This document shows positions 12,920-26,337 of a stretch of 64,000 bases of DNA, piece after piece. The translations under genes were made by a program, and so were the position numbers. The stretch is from Eledone cirrhosa. Its lineage: Eukaryota. The notes under the pieces are model-generated. The model saw only the letters and a program-made list of their open reading frames with translations, did no database searches and was not told where the DNA came from. Within the stretch, counting starts at the first letter, position 1. Each line of letters starts with the position of its first letter. Location of the stretch: assembly GCA_964016885.1 (NCBI GenBank), contig OZ024753.1, positions 44,144,001-44,208,000 on the forward strand. The letters run 5' to 3'.

Positions 12920-12940
12920 GGTGTATATGAAAATATAAAC
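12847..12940. repeat. Inverted duplication centred on a (TA)n run
   Basis: GTTTATATATATTTTCATACACACCTGTCT-(AT)n-AGACAGGTGTATATGAAAATATAAAC; related copy at 12700-12730. Confidence 0.7.
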
Positions 12941-12979
<39 letters not shown>

Positions 12980-13062
12980 TAGGGTCGTCAATTATGAAAT
13001 TTGTAGTAAGGTATATGGTCATATGTTTTTTTTCTATAAATTTCATCCTCGACGACTCAATA

Positions 13063-13152
<90 letters not shown>

Positions 13153-14663
13153 ATATAATATCCATGTATAACTTCTGTTGCCCAATCAATATGCTGTGTT
13201 TTTGAATTTCTCTTGCAGAAGATTTTTAAAAGTTCATAAATTGGAAAGTTATTGTTTATTATTTATTCAATTAAATAGGAATACATTCTTGAGGGCAGCT
13301 ATCACCTCCTTACCTTTACCTTCATCTTGTTGGTGTTGTTGCTGTTCTTCTTTTTCTTTTTCTTTTTCTTCTCAATCACCACCACCACCATCACCATCAT
13401 CCTCATCATTATCATCACCACCACCACCATTATCATCATTGTCACCAATACCTAACACCTCACTACAATACAATATACATTACAATACAATGCATTACAG
13501 TACAATAGAACAGTACCTTCCTCTCACACACCCTACCCTCACTAAAACAACAACAACAACCACTACAACCACAACCGGTGAAAACAGTGAATCTAATATA
13601 ACAATAATACAGTCTTAAAAACTAGATTTACTTATGTTTATATATTATTCAATATCCACAGACATAGTTCAGTGCTTCTATTATCTGGTCTCTATGGAAC
13701 CATTTCTTTACTCACAACATTATTAAAATAAAATTCTTAAATTAATAAAAAAAAAATTAAAAAAATAAAAAATAAATATTTCAAACTCTGACCAGATCTA
13801 AAACATTGCTATTCTATTATTCTGCGATTATTTGTATGTATATTTATTTTATATACATTTATTCATCCATTTTCTTGTTGTATATATATATATATGTATG
13901 TATATATATATGTGTGTATATGTATGTATATATGTATGTATATATGTATGTATATATATATGTATATATGTATATATATATGTATGTATATATATATGTA
14001 TGTATATATATATGTATGTATATATATATATATATATATACATACATATATATATGTATGTATATACTGTATATATATATATGTATGTATATACTGTATA
14101 TGTGTATATATATGTATATATGTATATATATAATATATGTGTGTGCTTTTGTTTGTTTGGGGTTTTCTTTTCAAATCTGAACTTATTGATAAAGCAAAAT
14201 AAAATTTATAAAGAATTTTTAAAAATATATATTTTAAAAAATATTTTTTTTTTATTTCATTATTATCATTTTTATTTATTTTATATTTTTTTAATATTTT
14301 TTGGTGCCTTTTTTAAATATGATTTAATTTAAAAAAAAAAAAAATGTCTTTTAGGATGGGAGAGAAAAAGAATTATTTTCCTCTCGACTTGAAAAATATT
14401 TTATTCCTGACTAGATGGAGTGAACTGTTAAGTTTGAGAAGAATAGTTGTCACTGTCTGGGGTCACGATAGATAAACCAGGTTTCACACCTGAGTGGATC
14501 TCTGTTGATGTTGCCAACCTGTGTTTCTCTTGTTTATCAATGTAACAGCCTGCTTATGATGTTCAGCATGTCACCGAATGTGACATGGTTGGCCCTTTAA
14601 ATTATAGATGCAGTTCCTTCAATAGGCTTTCAGACTGTTTCCATCTACCAAATTTCACTCATG

Positions 14664-14948
14664 TGAGGGTCGATTGAAAAGTTCTAAGCTAACCATGATA
14701 CTCTCATGAAATCACCAAATGAGGTCTACTTTTCAAAATATAAATAAATATATGGGTCAACTGAAAAGTTCATAGACTGACCAAGATACTCTCATGGAAT
14801 CACCAAATGAGGTTTATTTTTCAGCATAGTCCCGGGAAAGAAACAATGTAGTTATTAATAAGAAGAGTTGAAATTCATGCATACAAGATTTCACAGCTCT
14901 AGCATCACTTCTTCATAGTCACTCTATGAACTATTCAAGCAACCCTCA
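14664..14948 (+). mobile_element. Mariner-type MITE (family C)
   Basis: TIR-like GAGGGTC..TGAAAAGTTC / GAACT.TTC...ACCCTC in TA context; duplicated left end. Confidence 0.7.
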
Positions 14949-15019
14949 TATATATATATATATATATATATAATATCAATAATATTAATAAATGGAAAAT
15001 ATCTTTATAAAACCATAAT

Positions 15020-15080
15020 TATTTTATTATACATATTTCAAGGGTACCAATATTTTGGTACACTTTCGTCAGATAAAATA
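15020..15080 (-). ncRNA. Type I hammerhead ribozyme motif
   Basis: Minus strand: tattttat-CTGACGA-aagtgtaccaa(aata)ttggtaccctt-GAAA-tatgta-TA-ataaaata; 8-bp perfect stem I. Confidence 0.8.
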
Positions 15081-15173
15081 CAATATTTGGTTTAAAGATA
15101 GTGACATATGCACAGATGAACTTATTGTTGTGAGTTCATTGCGGATAGTCATCAGCAAAACAAATAACTCATT

Positions 15174-15251
<78 letters not shown>

Positions 15252-15366
15252 GATGTTAAACAGTAATGATGATGGTGATATACATATATATACTATGTTA
15301 AGCTATCATTACATATTAAAAACATGTTTCTCAAATGATGTATGCCTTTCTCTGTCCATATATCTT

Positions 15367-15408
<42 letters not shown>

Positions 15409-15467
15409 TCATTTAACGTCCGCTCTTCCCTGCTTGTAAGGGTGGGACTATATATATATATATATAT

Positions 15468-15807
15468 CATCATCATCATCATCATCATTTTATGTCCGCT
15501 TTTCCCTGCTTGCAAGGGTGGGACGGAAACTGATTCTGGCCTGATTTCTACAGCTGGATGCCCTTCCTAACACCAACCTCATTTACAGTGAGTGCTGGGT
15601 GCTTTTTTCTGTAGCACCTCCACGACCACTTAACAGTGGAATGATAGGGACCCCAGTCCCTATCATCTCATTTCTACAGCTGAGTTAAATGGAGCAATGT
15701 GAAATAAAGTGTCTTGCTCAAGGACACAACACATCACCCGGTCTGAGAATTGAACTCACAACCTTTCGATTGCAAGGCCAATGCTCTAACCACTAAGCCA
15801 TGTGCCT

Positions 15808-15809
<2 letters not shown>
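15468..15809 (-). mobile_element. tRNA-derived SINE family A, full length
   Basis: Minus-strand head with A box TGGCTTAGTGG and B box GAGTTCAATTC, CORE-like CCTTGAGCAAGACACTTTATTTCAC, GGAAGGGCATCCAGCTGTAGAAA block and (ATG)n tail. Confidence 0.9.
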
Positions 15810-15877
<68 letters not shown>

Positions 15878-16123
15878 AAAGAGTAAATGTTGTTTTTGAA
15901 TATATTGCCTTCTCCATAGATCAACAAGGTTCATCAGTCAATACATTATTTATTTGATTTACATATGTTTCATTCTCCAAAGAATATTCTTTTCAACACC
16001 TTTGTAGAGATATAATCAGAATCAATTACATGCAACATATAAAAGGTGTTTACTTACTGACTCATGTGCGTGCTTACCATCTTGGTATATATATATATAT
16101 ATATGTGTGTATATATATAGATA

Positions 16124-16495
16124 TCATCATCATCATCATCATCAACGTTTAACGTCCGTGTTCCACGCTTGCATGGGTTTGGACGGGGGTAGTCCCACTT
16201 GAGGCAAGAGTGATTGTCTTGCTCGCATAGGACTGTCTGGCAGGTTTTCTACAGTTGGATGCCCTTCCTAACACCAACCACATTTACAGTGTGGGTCTGG
16301 GAGGTTTTTACCGTGTTGCCTACACGGCCACATTACAGCGTGGACTGTGTGTTTTTTTGTCGTGACACCTACACGATCTCATTTGTTTCGGCCTCGATGG
16401 CGCGGCACCAACATAACTTTACATAGAACGGGGTGGTGTGGATCGGGTGGGGGTGGTGGGACGGGGTGTATTTGTTAGAGATGCCTACTGGCTGG
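16124..16495 (-). mobile_element. SINE-like/non-autonomous retroelement family F
   Basis: (ATG)n tail and GGAAGGGCATCC block; second copy in opposite orientation at 59745-60125. Confidence 0.7.
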
Positions 16496-16549
16496 AGTAG
16501 GTTTTACTATATATATATATATGTGTGTGTGTGTATATATATATATATA

Positions 16550-16580
<31 letters not shown>

Positions 16581-16583
<3 letters not shown>

Positions 16584-16786
16584 GGAACCAGTAAAACCCC
16601 GACGGCTGAGCTCAAGCCGTTTCGACGGCTAATTCTGGACTCAACACAGTCCAGAATTAGCCGTCGAAACGGCTTGAGCTCAGCCGTCGGGGTCTTACTG
16701 GTTCCTATTACCCACTCTACTACCCCAAGTATTGAGTACTTTGGTGCGTTATGGTCCACCTGGTTCCTTACCACATTTCCTTTGTT
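16581..16786 (+). mobile_element. Fold-back element family B, copy 2
   Basis: Arms 16581-16641 / 16648-16708, spacer CAACAC, same tail as copy 1, inside (TA)n. Confidence 0.85.
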
Positions 16787-17359
16787 ATATATATATATGT
16801 GTGTGTGTATATATATATATATATGTGTGTGTATATATATATATATGTATATATATATATGTGTATATATAATGGATATTTATTGATAATGATGAAGATA
16901 TACATACATATATATGTATATATATATATATATGTATGTATATCTTCATCGTTATCAATAAATATCCATTTTCACTGCTATAAAGTCATGTACAAATATA
17001 TATATATGAAACATGCCTTCAAATTACTAATAATTATTTTCTCATTGACTTCAACATTTTACTATATTACTTTAGTTGGAGAAGGTCAAAGAAGATTTAA
17101 CCTAAAATATTTTTGTGGAAGTGAACATTTGTTGTCTTTTAATCTGAAGATGGCTCGTTGTTGTTTTTGATGTTATCTTATATTGTTCAGAAGAAAGAAA
17201 TGTATTAAACTGTCAGTTAAGAATCAGTTGAGTTGTGAAACTGATCAATTAGAAAACTAAACTTATTGGTTGGAGTAAATGCTGTCAATAAGGAATTAAT
17301 ATGGTAGTTACTTCCCCTTCTTCTTCCTTTGTGGCATCATCATCATCATTATTATCATC

Positions 17360-17610
17360 CTTCTCTTTCTAATCTTCCTCCTCCTCCTGCTCCTCATAAT
17401 TCTCCTCTCCTTCCTCTTCACCACCCTTCTCTTGTTCCTCCTCACCCCATCCTCTCCTCACTTCCTCTTCTTCCACCACCTCCTCATTCTCTTCCCTTCC
17501 CCGTGCTCCCCTCCTTCCTCTCCCCTCCCCCCCTCCTTCCTCTCCCCTCCCCTCCTTCCTCTCCCCTCTCCTCCTCCCCCCTCCCCTCTCCTCCACCACC
17601 TCTTCCCTCC
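17360..17610. repeat. Polypyrimidine/polypurine low-complexity tract
   Basis: (CCT/CT/CCCT)-rich run of ~250 bp. Confidence 0.9.
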
Positions 17611-17934
17611 TGTAAGTTGAAAGGCCATCAATTATCCCAGACAAGACACTCATCATAAATCAAAGACCAGTCAAATAGACAGTGAATATTCCTTATTGAT
17701 TACATATATGGAGCAATAGCAGACCCTGTCATTACCTGTGGATTATCTTCAGCACAGACATAGTTTTCTGTTATTTTTATGTTATTTTTATCTTATTTTT
17801 ATGTTATTTTTATGTTATTTTTATGTTATTATTGTAATTTTTATTTTTATTTTTTACAAGAACATTCAAATTTATGCCTCGATATCTGTCAGTCTCAATT
17901 TAGTTCCTATTTTAGCCTCTAGTAATTATACTAG

Positions 17935-18465
17935 TGTGTTGTTATTGCTGTTGTTGCTATTGATGTTGTTGCAGCTGTTGTTGTTGTAGTAGTTGTTGCT
18001 GTAGTTGTTGTAGTAGTTGTAGCTGTTGTTGTTGTAGTAGTTGTGGCTGTTGTTGTTGTTGTTGTTGTAGTAGTTGTGGCTGTTGTTGTTGTAGTGTGGC
18101 TGTTGTTGTAGTTGTTGTGGCTGTTGTTGTTGTTGTTGTTGTAGCTGTTGTTGTTGTAGTAGTTGTAGCTGTTGTTGTTGTAGTAGTTGTTGCTGTTTTG
18201 GTTGTTGTTGTTGTTGTAGCTGTTGTTTTATATATATAGCCTACAATCAATAATTTCACTTTTCACACTATTATCATCACAATTTTTTCCTTTCCCTCCT
18301 CCTGTTTTTCATTATTATTTTTATTCAGCTTGTAGTATATCATATATGTTGTTGTAGTGGTAGTAGTAGTTGTTGTAGTAGTAGTAGTAGTTGTTGTTGT
18401 TATTGTAGTAGTAGTAGTAGTAGTTGTAGTAGTAGTGGTAGTAGTAGTAGTAGTAGCAGTTGTTA
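17935..18465. repeat. (GTT/GTA/GCT)n trinucleotide tracts
   Basis: Two blocks at ~17935-18228 and ~18347-18463. Confidence 0.9.
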
Positions 18466-18728
18466 CTAAAGTTGCAATCAATATATTATTTTACTGTCTA
18501 TAGATGTCTGATTGTTGATCTTTCAACAGGAAATGAATGAAGTGAAAGTTTAACTGTATAATAACTATCAATACCAACATTAGCAGATATGAAAATAGGA
18601 TGATGAGAGTACAATGTAAGCATGTATATATATATATGTTTGTGTATATATATATATGTTTGTGTGTATATACATATGTTTGTGTGTACCTATGTAATTA
18701 TGTGTGTGTTTGTGTGTATAAATATATA

Positions 18729-18929
18729 TGAGGATCAGAAGCTAAAAGGTTCATAGGTTGACCAAGATACTCTCATGGAAGGACCAAATGAGGTTTATTT
18801 TTTTACAGAGTCCCTGGAAAGAAACAATGCAGTTATTAATAGGAACAGTTAAAATTAATGCATGCAAAATTTCACAGCTCTAGCACCACTCATTCATTGT
18901 CAGCATATGGACTTTTCATCCTACTCTTG
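18729..18929 (+). mobile_element. Mariner-type MITE (family C)
   Basis: Homologous to 14751-14948, TA-flanked, degenerate TIRs. Confidence 0.7.
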
Positions 18930-19000
18930 TATATACTGTGTGTAACAACATTTTTAGAATAGGCACCCCATATCCTTGTCATAAAAGATAACTATGAGGG

Positions 19001-19072
<72 letters not shown>

Positions 19073-19105
19073 GTGTATGTATGCATATATACACACGTAT
19101 GAATA

Positions 19106-19437
19106 TCATCATCATCATCATTTTATGTCCGCTTTTCCCTGCTTGCAAGGGTGGGACGGGAACTGATTCTGGCTTGATTTCTACAGCTGGATGCCCTTCC
19201 TAACACCAACCTCATTTACAGTGAGTGCTGGGTGCTTTTTTGCCGTGGCACCTCCACGACCACTTTACAGTGGAATGATAGGGACCCCAGTCCTTATCAT
19301 CTCATTTCTACAGCTGAGTAAACTGGAGCAATGTGAAATAAAGTGTCTTGCTCAAGGAAACAACACATCACCCGGTCTGAGAATTGCACTCACAACCTTT
19401 CGATTGCAAGGCCAATGCTCTAACCACTAAGCCATGT
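19106..19437 (-). mobile_element. SINE family A
   Basis: Near-identical to 15468-15809. Confidence 0.9.
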
Positions 19438-19501
19438 ATTTTAGTAAGTGTCTGGTATTATATATGCATACATACATATATATATATGTATCTGTGCTTA
19501 C

Positions 19502-19533
<32 letters not shown>

Positions 19534-19628
19534 CATCATCATCATCATCATCGTTTAACGCCTATCTTCCACGCTAGCATGGGTTTAGACGTGTATGCTT
19601 GCATACATATATATATGTATACATACAT

Positions 19629-19976
19629 GGAGGCACATGGCTTAGTGGTTAGAGCATTGGCCTTGCAATTGAAAGGTTGTGAGTTCAATTCTCAGACCGG
19701 GTGATGTGTTGTTTCCTTGAGCAAGACACTTTATTTCACATTGCTCCAGTTTACTCAGCTGTAGAAAAAATGAGATGATAGGGGCAGGGGTCCCTATCAT
19801 TCCACTGTAAAGTGGTCATGGAGGTGCCACGTCAAAAAAGCACCCAGCACTCACTGTAAATGAGGTTGGTGTTAGGAAGGGCATCCAGCTGTAGAAATCA
19901 AGCCAGAATCAGTTCCCATCCCACCCTTGCAAGCAGGGAAAAAGCGGACGTAAAATGAAATGATGATGATGATGAT
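19629..19976 (+). mobile_element. SINE family A, full length
   Basis: GGAGGCACATGGCTTAGTGGTTAGAGC...GAGTTCAATTC head through (ATG)n tail. Confidence 0.9.
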
Positions 19977-20567
19977 ACATACATATATACTTGCAGACAT
20001 ATCTATATTCTTCAAGTGAACAAACAACATGGCATCTGTAATTTCTAATAATTGACTGTGTTGACAAAACAAATAATATTGCATGATGCTGATGATGATG
20101 ACAATAGTGATGATGACAACGATGATGATGATGTGATAGATGATGACAAAAATGTTGATAATAATGAAGCTGATAATGATGATGATAATCTTGCAGACAG
20201 CAATTATAATATATTTTATTTGGTGTCAAGTAAAACACCTGCAAACTAACTTATTTATTTTACTGCTACCTGCTCTTCAATAGAGTTGAACTTTGAAAGA
20301 TTTCAATCTTTTAAACAAAGCATATTGTCTTTTCAGAAATCTTTTGTTTGTTGTTATAAAGAAATATAGAGTGTTTGCGTAGAGTGTGTTTTATATGAGT
20401 ATATTATTAATACAAGCTTTATGAAAACATATACAATATGTTTATGTAGAATAAAGAGCAGTGTTTGATTTACTGTTGTGCTTAGTTGAGTGTAAGCACA
20501 TGGCCCCATTGGCCAGGGGGGAGGGGCACATCTTCCTACTCCTCAAATTTTTTACAATGAATATTTT

Positions 20568-21026
20568 GAGGTTTATTTTTCAACATAGTGCCTAGAAAGA
20601 AACAACGTAGTTATTAATAAGAATAGACACTAATACATGCAAGATTTCACAGCTCTAACAGCACTCCTTCTTAGTCAACTGAAAAATTCATTGGCCCACC
20701 AAGATTCATGGAAAGACCAAATTAGATTTATTTTCCAACATAATCTCTGGAAAGAAACAATGCAGTTATAAATAAGAAGAGTTGAACCTAATACATGCAA
20801 GATTTCACAGCTTTAACATAGCTCATTCATAGTCAACTGAACATTTCATTGGCCCACCAAGATACTCTCATTGAATGACCAAACGCAGTTTATTTTTCAA
20901 CGTAGTCCCTGGAAATAGAAAAATGCAGTTGGTTATAAGAAGAGTTGAAATTAATGCATACGAGATTTCACAGCTCTAGCACCATTTCTCTATAGTCAAC
21001 CTATGGACATTTCAGCTAACTCTCAT
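20568..21026 (+). mobile_element. Tandem array of three MITE family C internal segments
   Basis: GAAAGAAACAA..GTTAT..CAAGATTTCACAGCTCTA repeated three times at ~160-bp spacing, ending in the right TIR. Confidence 0.7.
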
Positions 21027-21814
21027 ATGTGCAAGTCTTGGAATCGTGGATGTAGTATTTGAATGAATTAATGGTACATTTATTTCCTGAATAAATGCCA
21101 ACTCCACTATGAGATTCAAATAACACCTTGACTAACTTAAACAGATTTAGTTAAGTTTAAACAAATCTATTTTGTTTTTGTGTAAATCAATAGTGATAGA
21201 ATTTAGTTCCATGATTTAAGTCGCCAGAATTGTAACCATCTTTTGTGACAGTATTTCTAATAAAATGCATTTTATTTCGATTAATTAATTAATGGAGAAT
21301 GTTAGAGGATTTATCTAAATTATTAATTATTTCATAACTTACGTAGAGACTTAATATGGATTTTATATAAAATTATGCTGGAAGATTATTATTCAAATTG
21401 GTTTTAGCCAGGCTGGTGTCAAACTGGTTAATATTAATATAATGTTTACTTTCTCTGTACAAATCTCATCCTTTTAATCTTTTTATCTTCTCTACTAAAG
21501 CTTTAATACCCATTATTATTTTCCCTATATCTTTGATATCCATAGTTTCCATATTATATGTTTTCTTAGAAATAAAATTTGGCTTATTCTCTCTATAGTT
21601 CAGTTTATGTTAGTGTTGTATACTCTTCTTATATTCTGTATTAAACCTACTTTCGAAAGATTTAGCGAAAAGTTCTTCATTCCACAATATTGTCCTCAGG
21701 TTTATTTTTCACTGAATTCAGTTAACCATAAATCACTATCTTTTATTATTTATTTTCTTAATCCTCCATTACACATCCTCTCCTTACAATAATTCAATTT
21801 AGAAAAAGATTCCT

Positions 21815-21861
<47 letters not shown>

Positions 21862-21915
21862 AATCTTTATATATATATATATATATGTGTGTGTATATAT
21901 ATATATAGGAATCTT

Positions 21916-21950
<35 letters not shown>

Positions 21951-22612
21951 ATATGTATATACATACATACACATACATACATATATATGTATTTTTTTTC
22001 TTAATTTACAATACTAACGTTTAAGATTTTTGATCCCTCCGAACATAGTGTATTTATCTTTTGCTTCAAGGGATTAAACAACTCATAAAAACATTCATTT
22101 TTCACATAAGCTTCATATCTGTAGAGATTATAATAAAAATATTTTAGTGTAAGAACATATTATGGAGATATCAAATAAAAGAGAAACATTGCAATAGTAA
22201 AACATGTTAAGCTTTCTTCAGGCAGGTTAATTTGATTATGTATCATAGATTTAAAAAGAAATATATATATAAGATTATTATCAATTCTATTTCTTTGAGG
22301 TAATATTGTATTACAATTTATTTATGGGTGTATTTCAATGTAAACAAGGATCAGCTGTGATCTAGACTTTAGTATTTCTAGAGAGAAAAAAAGATGCACA
22401 ACTGCAACAAAATTCAAATCAAAACTTGAATATGCCTAAGGAAATGTTTTATCTAGTTATGTAAAGACTTGTGTATAAAGTAAATAAGTAGGATAAACCA
22501 TCTGCTTCATTGTATTCCAGTAAATAATGTATGTGATGAATCAAATATCTTAAATCCTTGATACACTGTATTTTGCTTCAATAAGTATGAAATACATTAA
22601 GATTTCTCAACT

Positions 22613-23003
22613 CATCATCATCACCGTTTTATGTCCGTTCTTCCATGCTAGCATGGGTTAGATGGGTTGTCCTGTTGTGGGCAGTGTCCGGTTGGCTGAC
22701 CATGTCTTGCTCATACGGGAACTGATTCTGGCTTGATTTCTACAGCTGGATGCTCTTCCTAACACCAACCTAATTTACAGTGAGTGCTGGGTGCTTTTTT
22801 TGCCTTGGCACCTCCACGACCACTTTGCAGTGGAATGATAGGGACCCCCAGTCCTATCATCTCATTTCTACAGCTGAGTAAACTGGAGCAATGTGAAATA
22901 AAGTGTCTTGCTCAAGGAAACAACACATCACCCGGTCTGAGAATTGAACTCACAACCTTTCGATTGCAAGCCCAATGCTCTAACCACTAAGCTATGCGCC
23001 TTC
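22613..23003 (-). mobile_element. SINE family A variant with alternative, longer tail
   Basis: Head and body as family A; tail 22613-22720 instead matches 52903-53030. Confidence 0.85.
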
Positions 23004-24521
23004 ATATGTGTTGAATCAAATATCTTAAATCCTTGATACATTAAGATGTCTCAACTACAGATTATATTTACTATTCGACTTTAGAATAAACCAAGACTTT
23101 AGTCTTATTTAAATTTCTATTTGGAATCTTCTTCTGTTATTGTCTTAATTCATTAATTCATTCATAGCTTTATATTTGCTTCAGGCTCTCAACCATTGTT
23201 ACTCATGTATCACCTGAAATTGTATCATTATTAAAGTTAACTTTGCCTTTCATCCTTACGGGGTCGATAAAATAAAGCACCAGTTATACACTTTGCTGGC
23301 CTTGTGCCAAATGTAGAAACAATTATTAAAGTTAACCATATTAAACTTACACTGTAAGTTAAGTAGAAATGTTAAGTAGAAACCTTGACAACTTTGCAAT
23401 ATCTAGTTGAAGCCATCCATTTTTCTTTCGTTATTGCTATCAGGAATTTGGGAAAGCCATTATTATCACAAATTTTGTTTGCACTGCTAAATTAAAGTTT
23501 ATTTTATACAGCTTCATATTAATTATGTAGTGAAAACACAGTAGTATATATAGAGTAATGTAAATGCTAAAGGGTTAAAATAAACAATTATCATAGAACC
23601 AGGGATGGTTTAGGGCCAATGAAAGATAATTTTGAGAAGGATAACTATTAGAATATAACAAATATTTTCTTCTGCAAAAGAAACAATAGAGTTCTGCCAT
23701 AAAGGAACACAACATGAAGAACACCATTTTATATATCAATATAAACATAAGATGGATATAAACATAAGATATAAACATAAGATGGATAAAAATATCTAAA
23801 ACACAAATATTTTTGCCAAAGAATGGAATTATTATATACTATAATGTGTTAATAATAGTTAATAGTTAAACAGACACCTTTGAGTAGAAATGTCTTTCAG
23901 ATACGTAGCACTTACTATTAGAAAACTGTCTCTTCTAGTTTTTTTCACTATTGCATTAAAAAAAGATAAACAAAGTCAAATTTGTCTACTGAATATTATA
24001 CATATTTTCTCTTTATTTTCTTTTATTTATTTAAACAGCAATCAACTGTTTTCATTGTACTGTCATTATATGTCTTCCTTTTTCTCACCATTTTCCATTC
24101 ATTTTATTCTTCCTTTTCTTCTGTTTTCTTCTTTCCATTATTGATATCCTGTTATTTGTTTTTTTGTTTTGTTCTGTTCTGTCTAAGTTTTGTCCAAAAG
24201 TCTTCCACAAGAGACAGAGAATGAGTAGCAGACAAAGAATGATTAAAAAACTGATTTCTGGCATAATTGGAAAATTAGCTCATATTTGTTTAAAAGAATC
24301 GTGTACACTTTTCACATTATTTCCATTTCTATGTCATTCTATGAAATGTAGTCTTCCAAATGCAGATACTATAATACTTGTTGGTCTCTAGAAATGGTTT
24401 ATGATTTAGGCACAAAGTCGACGATTTGGGGGAAGGCGCAAGTCGATTAAATTGACCCCAGTGAATTACTGGTACTTTATTTTATTGACTCTGTAAGCAT
24501 GAAAGGCAAAGGAATCTTCAA

Positions 24522-24737
24522 TAGGGAGTTAAACAATTCTTGTTAATAATTGCATTGTTTCTTTCTAGGGACTATGTTAAAAAATAAACCTCATTTGGTC
24601 ATTCCATGAGGGTATCTTGATCAGCCTAAAGACTATTCAGTTGACCTTCATGTATTTCTATGTTGAAAAATAAACCTCATTGCGTCATTCCATGAGGGTA
24701 TCTTGGTCAGCCTATGAACTTTTCAGCTGACCCTTGT
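24522..24737 (-). mobile_element. MITE family C fragment with duplicated end
   Basis: AAATAAACCTCATT..TCATTCCATGAGGGTATCTTG.TCAGCCTA occurs twice. Confidence 0.7.
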
Positions 24738-25366
24738 GTGTAATGTATTCTTTCTTATTAGTTTTCACACCTGCCTCTAATCAAGGTAATATTTCAGTTT
24801 AAAACTAATTATATTTACTGTCATTAACATTTCTTTCTATACTTTGTTATTCTTCTCTGTCAATTCATTTGACGAGATGATGAAGATTGACACATTTTTT
24901 TTACCATAATTCTGGTGAAATAGGGTTGATCTGTGGGTAGGCAGGTGTGCTAAACTATAACAACTGTGGGTAGGCAGGTGTGCTAAACTATAACAACAAC
25001 AACAACACTCTAGCCATGTCAAGCCAGTGAATTATTTCAATGTATGCTTAATAGCCTTAAAAGCTGATATGAATTTATATCACTTTATCATTTTTTTTTC
25101 CTCTTTGGTGTAGTTTATAGGTTTTTCTTAAGCAGTGTAATTATATTTCTGAGTTGACAAAACTCTGGGATTCTTTCCCAGAGATAATAAGTAGATAAAC
25201 CTATCAAGTTAATGGACTGGAACTTCCTATTTGATTCTGATCTTAATTGAATGGTTTCAGTGGTTGACACCATTTCCAATATCTCCTTCATATTCTAGTA
25301 ATAAATACATAAATATATATAGATAAATAAATAAATAGAAAGATAGCTAGCTAACTAGGTAGATAG

Positions 25367-25409
<43 letters not shown>

Positions 25410-25879
25410 AGAGAGGGAGATACAAACAGATAGATAGATAAGTAGTTTGATCAAAATTATGATGATTAACTTGAGTTAATGGAATGGTTCCAGAGAATTA
25501 AGAGATGTAAATGTTAGGATTGTGGTATCATTGGATTCAGTTGTTTTTTTATTTTATTTCTTAGTTTACTTTAAACAGTTTCCCTTTAAACTGTATTAGA
25601 TGAATGAGGAATTGGTGAGAGATGGCCTACTACACTCCCAACTTAAGTAGGAAGTACATGAAAGTAAGAGTCTTTAACTCCTTTGATGTCAAACCACCAG
25701 AAACTACACCTGGATTTCTGTGATACAAAACTATTTGAAATTTAATGTAAACAAATTTTTTATGTTCCAAAAATTTTTTAATAATGTGAAAATTGTTGAT
25801 ATTTTTATATTATGAAATCCTTCCAAATATTTTAATATTTTCAAAATTATTTGAAACTTAAGAAATGTTTATGATGAAG

Positions 25880-26035
25880 AATAAATAACATCCATGATCT
25901 TGGCTGTTCTCGCTTCGGGATCCAACCGGGTCAGTTGGAGATGGCTGCTTCTGATAGGACCCGCTGGAAGGAGTGTTTGAGGACTCTGCCCCCATGACCC
26001 TCTCAGGAATAAGTGGAAGAAGAAGAAGGAGAAGA
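25880..26035 (+). mobile_element. RTE-like LINE 3' end with (GAA)n tail
   Basis: Reads NIHDLGCSRFGIQPGQLEMAASDRTRWKECL (RTE-type A.DR..W C-terminal motif), then GAAGAAGAAGAAG. Confidence 0.6.
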
Positions 26036-26167
26036 TATTCTGAATGACCAAAAATTAAAGGTTCGATACTGTTGATTACTTGATCTGCTAGAAAGAAAAC
26101 CAAATGTCTCTGATATAACAACCAATCCCTAAAAACTGATTCATCATCACCCACCAAACAATCCCTG

Positions 26168-26337
26168 GGAAGGCGCATGGCTTAGTGGTTAGAGCATTGG
26201 GCTTGCAATCGAAAGGTTGTGAGTTCAATTCTCGGACCAGCTGATGTGTTGTTTCCTTGAGCAAGACACCTTATTTCACGTTGCTCCAGTTTACTCAGCT
26301 GTAGAAATGAGATGATAGGACTGGGGTCCCTATCATT
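26168..26337 (+). mobile_element. SINE family A, 3'-truncated
   Basis: tRNA-like head and CORE-like block only. Confidence 0.85.

Noticed and set aside
17284-17699. 12-bp inverted repeat TCAATAAGGAAT around the polypyrimidine tract
   Set aside because: Short, AT-rich, no TSD or second copy; may be chance
19629-19705. tRNA-Cys-like gene (GCA in anticodon position)
   Set aside because: It is the head of a multi-copy SINE, continuous with CORE-like body and tail; acceptor stem does not pair
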